Notes under the pieces: generated by a model
Database searches by the model: none
What the model saw: only the letters and a program-made list of their open reading frames with translations
Told to the model about the DNA's origin: nothing
Position numbers and translations under genes: made by a program
In this document: positions 32,741 through 39,653 of the stretch, piece by piece
How the letters are laid out: each line of letters starts with the position of its first letter
How positions within the stretch are numbered: the stretch's first letter is position 1
NCBI GenBank assembly: GCA_022866645.1
Contig: JALHUQ010000428.1
Coordinates: 1 to 39,653, forward strand
Direction of reading: 5' to 3'
Length of the DNA: 39,653 bases
Source of the DNA: Woeseiaceae bacterium
GTDB taxonomy: Bacteria > Pseudomonadota > Gammaproteobacteria > Steroidobacterales > Woeseiaceae

Positions 32741-33484
32741 CTAACAGGCCTTGGTCCGCGTGTATTCGCTCATCGACCAGACGACCGTCGTATCCCTGGC
32801 CTCGCGCCGGATGTCGTCGCGCTTGTGTGCGAGCGACACCTGGAGGCCGAACTCGGTGAGAAAACGCTCAAACATACTGCCGCCGTAGACACCCGTCGCG
32901 AACAGCGCCTGCTCATCGGGGTCGTAGTCGAGATGCACTGCTGCGAGCGGTTGTGGAGCGGGTCCCGACAGGACGCGCGCGCCTTCGCGGGGATCGTAGA
33001 CGCTGCCCTCCGAGCAACAGTAAATCACCTGTCCGCGGCTCCACCAGCCGCTACTGGTGTTCGACGGCGACATGGGCTGGTGCCGATAATCGATGAAGCT
33101 CACGGTTCGTGTCGGGTAGCTCATGCGATGCGCACAAATTGCTGAAAACGCCACGATCGAACGGCCCGGCCCGGCCCCGCCCGCCCAACGGTACGCACGG
33201 CCGTCTGCGGTGGTCAGCTCGGCGCCCGGCTCCGCCGGAGACCCGAGGTTGATCAGGAAACAGGGGGTAGTGACATAGGGATAATGAAAGACAAAGCTTT
33301 CGCCGATGGCCAGGCTTCCGGGATCAAGCGTCTTTCCGTCGGGATCAACAAGCCTAACGCGCTCTGCCGGGATCAGCTCCCCAGCCGGCTCGGCAACCAG
33401 GGCCGGGTTGGCGGCTACGGCAGCACCGGCGCCGACGCAGACCTTGATGAACTTGCGTCTGTCAAATGTGTTGGAATTTGCCAT
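32741..33484 (-). CDS. Tat-exported Rieske-fold protein resembling arsenite-oxidase small subunit (AioB-like) with a degenerate cluster-binding motif
   Basis: Tat signal FDRRKFIKVCVGAGAAVAA. AioB-like blocks are FVFHYPY..PCFLINLG and GPGRSIVAFSAICAHR. The second box is YCCSEGSVYD where Rieske proteins have CPCHxSxFD. Confidence 0.6.
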   Translation of the reverse strand: MANSNTFDRRKFIKVCVGAGAAVAANPALVAEPAGELIPAERVRLVDPDGKTLDPGSLAIGESFVFHYPYVTTPCFLINLGSPAEPGAELTTADGRAYRWAGGAGPGRSIVAFSAICAHRMSYPTRTVSFIDYRHQPMSPSNTSSGWWSRGQVIYCCSEGSVYDPREGARVLSGPAPQPLAAVHLDYDPDEQALFATGVYGGSMFERFLTEFGLQVSLAHKRDDIRREARDTTVVWSMSEYTRTKAC

Positions 33485-33669
33485 TTTGTGTTACCCAAAT
33501 CGATATCGGGCGCGGTTATAGCCAGATAGTAGCAAAACGGGCGATGGTTCGTTGCTGGCGTTCCAAACGGGCATCTGAAAGAATGACGCTTTGCGTCCTC
33601 ATGCGTACCGGATTCCGCACTCATGAGACGATTTGGGGGCGCCGCAGGCCTTATGATCGTTTTTCTAAT

Positions 33670-34374
33670 ATGAACGAATCCCCGTCAGCAATCGGCACGG
33701 CGTTGTCGATGATTGCCACGCTCGACGCCGACTTGTTCGAGATCGTCTTGCTCTCGCTGCAGGTCAGCCTGGGTGCGGTCGCGATCGCGTCGATCATTGC
33801 GCTGCCGCTGGGGGCGCTCATTGCACTGCAGAGATTCCCCGGCCGGCGGGCCGTTGTCATACTCCTCAATGCGATGATGGGGCTGCCACCCGTAGTCGTC
33901 GGCCTGATGGTCTACGTCTTGTTGTCGCGCGCCGGACCGCTCGGGTCGATGGGCCTGCTGTTCACGCCCACCGCGATGGTTATCGCGCAGAGCATCATCG
34001 TGCTGCCGATCATTGCGGCGCTATCGCGGCAGACGATCGCCGACCTGCACGAGGAATATGGCGAGTACCTGCGGTCGCTCGGTTGTACGCCGATGCAGAG
34101 CATCGCGACGTTGCTCTGGGACGGGCGTTTTCGATTGCTGACCGCCATCATGGCAGGCTTCGGCAGGGCCATTGCCGAGGTTGGCGCCGTCATTATCGTC
34201 GGAGGCAACATCCAGCATTCGACCCGGGTGATGACGACGACCATTGCGCTGGAAACGAGCAAGGGCAACCTTGCCCTCGCGCTTGGACTCGGCGTAATGC
34301 TTCTGACCCTTGCCCTGGGCATTAACGCGGCGGCGCTGGTCATTTCCGATACCGCGAGGCGGCGTTATGGCTGA
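33670..34374 (+). CDS. tupB: Tungstate ABC transporter permease TupB
   Basis: ORF 33466.. is over-extended, so ATG 33670 is used. TupB-like blocks are LSLQVSLGAVAIASIIALPLGALIAL, MGLPPVVVGLMVYVLLSRAGPLG and LLFTPTAMVIAQ. Confidence 0.8.
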   Translation: MNESPSAIGTALSMIATLDADLFEIVLLSLQVSLGAVAIASIIALPLGALIALQRFPGRRAVVILLNAMMGLPPVVVGLMVYVLLSRAGPLGSMGLLFTPTAMVIAQSIIVLPIIAALSRQTIADLHEEYGEYLRSLGCTPMQSIATLLWDGRFRLLTAIMAGFGRAIAEVGAVIIVGGNIQHSTRVMTTTIALETSKGNLALALGLGVMLLTLALGINAAALVISDTARRRYG

Positions 34375-35143
34375 CGGCGCACCGCACACCGAAGCACGCG
34401 AGTACGAACAGCGAGATTCGATTGCCAAACACCCGCTGCTGCCGCTCGTTGCCCGGGGAGTGGATTTCGGGATCAATGGCCAGCGAATCATTGACGATGT
34501 GTCGTTCTGGATAGGCTCGAGCGGACGGACCGTCATCCTCGGCCCCAACGGGGCTGGCAAAAGCGTCATGCTGCGCCTGTGTCATGGCCTCCTCAAGCCC
34601 ACCCGCGGAGAAATTCGCTGGGGCGACATGTCGGTAGCCGATGCGCGCGAGCAACAGGCGATGACGTCTCAAAAACCGGTACTGCTGCGGCGCACGGTCA
34701 ACGACAACCTGCTTCACGTACTGAGGGTGAAAGGCGTGCCCCTGGGTGAGCGCCAGGCCCTCGTCGATGCTGCCCTGGAGCAGGCAGGACTGACCGACCT
34801 TGGCGGGCGGCACGCCCGCGATCTTTCCGGCGGACAACAGCAACGGCTGGCGATTGCGCGGGCGTTCGTTCTCAAACCCAAGGTGCTGCTGCTGGACGAA
34901 CCCACCGCAAATCTCGACCCCGCCGCCGTGCGGGGCGTCGAGGAACTGATCGGTGCCATCGGCGCCGCCGGCACCAAGATACTGATGACGACACACGACA
35001 TCGCCCAGGCAAAGCGGCTCGCCGCGGACGTCATGTTTCTCAACCAGGGCCGGCTGCTCGAGCACGCGCCGGCGATGGAGTTCTTCTCATCGCCAAAAGA
35101 CCCGGTGGCCGCGCGTTTTCTCGCCGGCGAACTACCGGCCTGA
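34367..35143 (+). CDS. tupC: ABC transporter ATP-binding protein (TupC-type)
   Basis: Walker A GPNGAGKS, signature LSGGQQQR, Walker B LLLDEP. ATG 34367 overlaps the tupB stop (ATGGCTGA). Confidence 0.8.
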   Translation: MADGAPHTEAREYEQRDSIAKHPLLPLVARGVDFGINGQRIIDDVSFWIGSSGRTVILGPNGAGKSVMLRLCHGLLKPTRGEIRWGDMSVADAREQQAMTSQKPVLLRRTVNDNLLHVLRVKGVPLGERQALVDAALEQAGLTDLGGRHARDLSGGQQQRLAIARAFVLKPKVLLLDEPTANLDPAAVRGVEELIGAIGAAGTKILMTTHDIAQAKRLAADVMFLNQGRLLEHAPAMEFFSSPKDPVAARFLAGELPA

Positions 35144-35190
35144 CTTGTGATGACTCATTTTCCTCAACGCTCCACGGGATAAAGCCGAAC

Positions 35191-36048
35191 ATGCGCAGCA
35201 AGACGAATTCTTCCCCAACGACGTTCACGCGCCTGGTGGCGGCGCTTGTCCTGGGCGTCCTGGCCATCGCGAGTGCGGCACTCGGTGAACCGCGCTCGAT
35301 CATCGTCGCGTCGACGACATCCACGCAAAACTCGGGCCTTTTCGCCTGGTTGCTGCCGCAATTCACGGCGGAGACCGGCATTGATGTCCAGGTCGTCGCG
35401 GTCGGCACCGGTCAGGCCATACGTATCGCGACGAACGGCGATGCCGACCTGTTGCTGGTTCACCATGAAGCATCCGAACGAAAGTTTGTTTCTGACGGGC
35501 TGGGTCTCGCGCGCCACCCGATCATGCACAACGATTTTGTACTCGTAGGGCCTGTCGCCGATGCCGCCGGCGTCCGCGGTATGAGCGAAATCACGGTGGC
35601 GTTGCGGCGTATTGCCGAGAGCGAGCAGATATTCGTATCGCGCGGCGACGACAGCGGCACTCACAAGAAAGAACTCGAGATCTGGGGCGCCAGCGGTTTC
35701 GATCCCCGCCCGGCGAGCGGCTCATGGTACCGCGAGGCGGGCTCGGGCATGGGGGCAACCCTGAATACCACGAGCGCCATGGGAGGGTACACGCTCAGCG
35801 ACCGGGCGAGCTGGGTGAGCTTCGGTAACAAGGGAGACATGGAGATACTCCTCGAAGGCGACCCGCCCCTGAACAATCCCTACGCGGCCATCGTCGTCAA
35901 CCCTGAACGACACCCGCACGTGCGGGTCAGGGAGGCCCAGGCTTTCGTGGATTGGCTTACGTCGGCACGGGGACAGGCGGCGATTGCTGCGTTTCGCGTC
36001 GACGGCCAGCAGCTGTTCTTTCCAGATGTTGTTCCGGACGGGAGGTAG
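35191..36048 (+). CDS. tupA: Tungstate ABC transporter substrate-binding protein TupA
   Basis: Signal peptide, then the anion-binding motif VASTTSTQNSGLF, GTGQAIRIATNGDADLLLVH and HNDFVLVGP, all typical of TupA. Confidence 0.8.
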   Translation: MRSKTNSSPTTFTRLVAALVLGVLAIASAALGEPRSIIVASTTSTQNSGLFAWLLPQFTAETGIDVQVVAVGTGQAIRIATNGDADLLLVHHEASERKFVSDGLGLARHPIMHNDFVLVGPVADAAGVRGMSEITVALRRIAESEQIFVSRGDDSGTHKKELEIWGASGFDPRPASGSWYREAGSGMGATLNTTSAMGGYTLSDRASWVSFGNKGDMEILLEGDPPLNNPYAAIVVNPERHPHVRVREAQAFVDWLTSARGQAAIAAFRVDGQQLFFPDVVPDGR

Positions 36049-36057
36049 ACCTGGCAC

Positions 36058-37449
36058 ATGAACAACGAGATTCGTTCCCGACGCCGCGTTCGCCTTCCAC
36101 TACACATCGTTCCACTGCTGGCCTTGCTGTGCGTTAGCGTCGTTCAGGCGCAGGGCGAACCACCACCCAAGGAGTCGGCCGCCGAAGCCCCGGACTGGCT
36201 CTCCATAAGCGGCAGTCTGCGGCTGCGCTATGAATCCATGGACAACTCGTTTCGCCTCTTCGGTCCGGACTCGGATGAGCTGCTGGTGTCGCGCCTGCTC
36301 GTGCACGCCGCGGTCAAAGGCGAGCGATTCTATGGGGGGCTCGAACTCCAGGATTCCCGGGCGTGGTTACATCAGGACCTGACACCGGTCGGTACGGACG
36401 ACGTCAACGCGCTCGAGCCATTACGCGCATACATCGGTTACAAGAACGAGAATGTCGACATCCAGGTCGGCCGGATGACAATGGATGTTGGCAGCCGCCG
36501 CCTGGTGGCGCGCAATCGCACGCGCAATACGATCAACGCCTTTACGGGCATCCGGGCCAGGTGGTCGAATCCCGGGCGCGTCGGCCTGGACGCATTCGTA
36601 ACGATGCCGGTTGCACGCCTGCCCAATATCCTCGAACGAGATCGTATGCGAAACAACGAGTTCGATCTCGACCAGGAACATTGGGAGCGGTTGTTCTGGG
36701 GCTTGTATGTATCCGACCTGCAGATCAGCAGCCGTTTTGACACTGAGGCGTATCTGATCGGGATTCGCGAAGATGATCGGCCAGGTTTGCCCACGCGCAA
36801 TCGCAACTTCCTGACATCCGGTGTACGCGCGCACCATTCGGGCGATGTATGGGCTTACGAGATCGAAGCCGCGCTCCAGCACGGCAAGAGCCGTGCCAGC
36901 GCGCTGCCAATCGACACCACGGACCTCGATCACCGCGCGTGGTTCACTCACGCCGAAATCAGCCGCAAATTGCAGGGCAGCTGGGAGCCTCGCGTGATCT
37001 TGCGTTTCGATTATGCATCGGGCGACAAGGATCCGGATGACGGCGAGTTCAACCGCTTCGATACCCTGTACGGCGCCAGGCGCTGGGAGTTCGGGCCTAC
37101 AGGCATTTATGGCGCCTTGGCGCGCAGCAATATCCTGTCGCCCGGTATCGCCCTGCGGTCGAAGCCGGGCCCGTCCACCGATTTCCGAATCGACTACCGG
37201 CCTGCATGGCTTGCCAGCAAGCGCGATGCCCTGCTGACAGCAGGGCTCAGAGACCGTGATGGCCTTTCAGGGTCGTTTATCGGTCACCAGGTTGATTTGC
37301 GCTGGCAATGGTGGTCGGATTCGCGAAACCTGACGGTCGACGTCACGGCCGCTTACCTGTGGAAGGGGGAGTTTCTCGAAAATGCTCCGTTCGCGCCGCC
37401 GACCTCCAACACGGCTTACGCCTACATTTCGACGGCGTTGGCCTTCTGA
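36058..37449 (+). CDS. Outer-membrane beta-barrel porin, alginate-export (AlgE-like) family
   Basis: Signal peptide ending VQA-QG, the family-typical GSLRLRYESMDN block, alternating beta-strand patterning, and a C-terminal ...ISTALAF. Confidence 0.65.
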   Translation: MNNEIRSRRRVRLPLHIVPLLALLCVSVVQAQGEPPPKESAAEAPDWLSISGSLRLRYESMDNSFRLFGPDSDELLVSRLLVHAAVKGERFYGGLELQDSRAWLHQDLTPVGTDDVNALEPLRAYIGYKNENVDIQVGRMTMDVGSRRLVARNRTRNTINAFTGIRARWSNPGRVGLDAFVTMPVARLPNILERDRMRNNEFDLDQEHWERLFWGLYVSDLQISSRFDTEAYLIGIREDDRPGLPTRNRNFLTSGVRAHHSGDVWAYEIEAALQHGKSRASALPIDTTDLDHRAWFTHAEISRKLQGSWEPRVILRFDYASGDKDPDDGEFNRFDTLYGARRWEFGPTGIYGALARSNILSPGIALRSKPGPSTDFRIDYRPAWLASKRDALLTAGLRDRDGLSGSFIGHQVDLRWQWWSDSRNLTVDVTAAYLWKGEFLENAPFAPPTSNTAYAYISTALAF

Positions 37450-37465
37450 TCGGGATGGAAGCGTG

Positions 37466-37807
37466 CGACCGGGGGAGCATGGCTTCCACGTGCATCAGAA
37501 CCCGAGTTGCAGTCCGGGCGAGAAGGACGGCACCAGGGCGGCCGGTCTCGCCGCCGGCGGGCACTATGATCCGACGGATGCCAAGGCACACAGGGGTCCC
37601 GGTCATGACGGGCACCTGGGCGATCTGCCGCTGCTGGTCGTCGACGAGAACGGTGAGGCCAGTGCCGTTACGGTAGCGCCCCGGTTGACCGTTGCCGATA
37701 TCCGCGGACGAGCGCTCATGGTGCACGCATCCGGCGACAACTACAGCGACGACCCGAAACCTCTCGGGGGTGGCGATGCCCGCATCGCCTGCGGCGTCAT
37801 CAAGTAG
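37466..37807 (+). pseudogene. sodC: Cu,Zn superoxide dismutase (SodC) gene remnant lacking signal peptide and the first ~60 codons
   Basis: RPGEHGFHVH...GGHYDP...GHLGDLP...MVHASGDNYSDDPKPLGGGDARIACGVIK is collinear with the C-terminal two-thirds of E. coli SodC. Similarity begins within ~20 nt of the porin stop (37449). The only upstream in-frame Met (37382) lies inside the porin gene and gives a non-signal, Arg-rich leader. Confidence 0.75.
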
Positions 37808-37820
37808 TTTTCTGCGGCAT

Positions 37821-39653
37821 CTACTCCGCGGCCACGCCTTCAGCCGGTTCGATTCGCGCCGCGCAGAACTTGAACTCCGGAATCTTTCCGAAAGGATCGA
37901 GCTTCGGGTTAGTCAACAGGTTTGCAGCTGCTTCCGTGTAACAGAACGGGATGAACACCGTGCCGTCGGCGATGTCGCGGTCGAGGCGCACGCGCAGCGT
38001 GATTGCGCCGCGTCGGGTCGACACGCGGATGAAATCTCCAGGCTCAAGCTGCATCCGCTCGATATCCCGCGGTGACAGACAGGCGACGGCTTCGGGCTCG
38101 AGCCTGTTCAGCGTGTCCGCACGCCGCGTCATGGCGCCGGTATGCCAGTGTTCCAGCATCCGTCCCGTGCTCAGGATCATCGGGAAGTCGTCATCCGGCA
38201 GCTCATCCGGCGGCGTGAGCTCGGTCGGCACGATCCTGGCGCGGCCCGTCTTCGTCGGAAAGCCGGCGCCGAAAATAATCGCGTTGCCCGGTTCGTCGGG
38301 CGCGTCGCAGGGATAGGTCACCGCGTCCTCGCGTTCGAGCCGTGCCCAGGTAACGTTGGCAAACGACGGCATGATCTCGGCCATCTCCGTAAAGATGTCG
38401 CGCGGATGCGTGTAGTGCCAGTCGAGCCCGATGCGCCGCGCGATTTCCTGCGTGATCCACCAGTCCTGACGAGTATCGCCGGGCAGCGGCACAACTTCCC
38501 GGGCGAGCTGCACCTGACGGTTGGTGTTTGTAAACGTGCCGGTCTTCTCGGCGTGTGCGGAGGCCGGCAGCACGACATCCGCCTGCCACGCGGTTTCGGT
38601 CAGGAAGATGTCCTGCACCACAAGATGTTCGAGTTTTGCCAGCGCTTGGCGGGCGTGCGCCTGATCCGGGTCCGACATTGCCGGGTTCTCGCCCAAAATG
38701 TACATCGCCCTGACCTCTCCCGCGAGGATCGCATTTATGATTTCGACAACGGTAAGGCCACGCCTGGAGTCGAGCGCCGTGCCCCAGAAATCCTCGTAGC
38801 GTTTCCGGTTGTCCTCGTCCTCCACCGATTTGTAGTCGGGGTAGAACATCGGGACCAGCCCGGCATCCGAGGCGCCCTGCACGTTGTTCTGCCCGCGCAG
38901 CGGATGCAGCCCGGTACCCGGCCGGCCCACATGTCCGGTAACCAGCGCGAGCGCGATCAGCCCGCGCGCGTTATCCGTGCCATGCACCGATTGCGAGATG
39001 CCCATGCCCCAGAAAATGATCGAGTTCTTCGAGGTCGCATAGAGGCGCGCGACATCACGGATCGTTTTCGCATCGATGCCGCAGACATCGGCCATCTTCT
39101 CGGGCGGGAAGGCCCTGACGCGCTCGGCCAGCTCCTCGAAGCCCTCAGTGTGCGTCCCCAGGTATTGCAGGTTGTGCAGCCCTTCCTCGATGATCGTGTG
39201 GATCATCGCGTTCAGCAGCGCCACGTCCGTGCCGGCCCTGAACTGCAGGATGAAGGTCGCGTGGCGGCCCAGTCCCTGCCCGCGCGGGTCCGCAACGATC
39301 AGCTTCGCGCCACGCTTCGCGGCGTTCTTGAAATAGGTGGCCGCGACGGGATGGTTCTGCTCGGGCCGCGCGCCGATGACGATAATGCAGTCAGCGGTAT
39401 CCGCCGTCGTGAAAGGCGCAGTAACAGCCCCCGAGCCGATGCCCTCCATGAGCGCTGCAACCGACGAGGCATGACAGAGTCGGGTGCAGTGATCGACGTT
39501 GTTCGTGCCGAAACCGGCCCGCACGAGTTTCTGGAACAGGTAGGCTTCCTCGTTCGACCCCTTCGCCGAGCCGAATCCGGCGAGCGCCGACGGTCCGTTT
39601 TCGTCGCGCGCCTTCATGAGGCCTGCCGCAGCCCGCTCCAGCGCCTCCTCCCA
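37821..39653 (-). CDS. Formate dehydrogenase alpha subunit, cytoplasmic (FdhF/FdsA-type), Cys-type; partial, with the 5' end beyond the window
   Basis: GFGSAKGSNEEAYLFQKLVR..GTNNVDHCTRLCHASSV (Cys at the Sec position), an MGD-binding core and a C-terminal beta-barrel domain. The reading frame stays open to the window edge upstream of Met 39617. Confidence 0.88.
   Translation of the reverse strand, partial: WEEALERAAAGLMKARDENGPSALAGFGSAKGSNEEAYLFQKLVRAGFGTNNVDHCTRLCHASSVAALMEGIGSGAVTAPFTTADTADCIIVIGARPEQNHPVAATYFKNAAKRGAKLIVADPRGQGLGRHATFILQFRAGTDVALLNAMIHTIIEEGLHNLQYLGTHTEGFEELAERVRAFPPEKMADVCGIDAKTIRDVARLYATSKNSIIFWGMGISQSVHGTDNARGLIALALVTGHVGRPGTGLHPLRGQNNVQGASDAGLVPMFYPDYKSVEDEDNRKRYEDFWGTALDSRRGLTVVEIINAILAGEVRAMYILGENPAMSDPDQAHARQALAKLEHLVVQDIFLTETAWQADVVLPASAHAEKTGTFTNTNRQVQLAREVVPLPGDTRQDWWITQEIARRIGLDWHYTHPRDIFTEMAEIMPSFANVTWARLEREDAVTYPCDAPDEPGNAIIFGAGFPTKTGRARIVPTELTPPDELPDDDFPMILSTGRMLEHWHTGAMTRRADTLNRLEPEAVACLSPRDIERMQLEPGDFIRVSTRRGAITLRVRLDRDIADGTVFIPFCYTEAAANLLTNPKLDPFGKIPEFKFCAARIEPAEGVAAE

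Noticed and set aside
33485-33669. Moco riboswitch upstream of tupB. I also looked at 20881-21005 and 22896-23084.
   Set aside because: I could not recognise the conserved Moco-motif core by eye. This is not conclusive: an Rfam RF01055 covariance-model scan is needed to exclude it.
1-39653. CRISPR arrays, tRNA/rRNA genes, IS elements, integrases and prophage genes.
   Set aside because: I saw no regularly spaced direct repeats, cloverleaf-like sequences in intergenic regions, or transposase/integrase-like ORFs. The only long-range repeat found is the 53-nt aminotransferase repeat. A computational repeat and tRNA scan would still be advisable.

Overview
High-G+C, proteobacterial-type chromosomal window with about 42 protein-coding genes. 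I saw no rRNA, tRNA, CRISPR array, transposase or integrase. LEFT THIRD (1-14.5 kb) looks mixed and accessory. It holds an M16 lipoprotein peptidase and a short decay zone (4.03-4.64 kb) with three damaged genes: an N-terminally short fructosamine-kinase-like gene, an internally deleted DUF3465-like gene, and an aminotransferase fragment. That fragment shares a 53-nt direct repeat with an intact aminotransferase 8.2 kb away. Next come a 602-aa beta-helix-repeat membrane protein of unknown function and a four-gene universal-stress-protein operon divergent from a MarR gene, with twin palindromic operators. Then OmpW, an AbiEii/AbiEi pair in reversed (toxin-first) order with an apparently leaderless promoter framed by an inverted repeat, and a DmpA-like peptidase plus aminotransferase operon. 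RIGHT TWO-THIRDS (15.2-39.65 kb) is one large tungsten/molybdenum-formate cluster. It starts with a molybdenum-cofactor operon, mobA-moeA-moaB-[BNR propeller]-[YqeC-like]-[MoaD/ThiS-like]-moaA. Three regulator genes follow: a pseudo-receiver with a Fis-type HTH, a DUF6494-like gene and a TunR-like HTH plus molybdate-binding-domain gene. Then comes a periplasmic Cys-type formate dehydrogenase operon: DUF3305, DUF3306, poly-ferredoxin, TorD, a small Tat-target peptide, alpha, beta, a small lipoprotein and gamma. After it are a periplasmic ankyrin lipoprotein, an orphan Tat-exported AioB-like Rieske protein with a degenerate cluster motif, tupBCA with an alginate-export-type porin, a 5'-truncated sodC remnant, and the 3' part of a second, cytoplasmic-type FDH alpha gene that runs off the window. 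The best candidates for undescribed biology are the translationally coupled BNR-propeller/YqeC-like/MoaD-like triad inside the Moco operon, the DUF3305-DUF3306-polyferredoxin module, the beta-helix membrane protein, the reversed leaderless AbiE pair and the degenerate Rieske protein. All family assignments come from motif recognition by eye. No searches were run.
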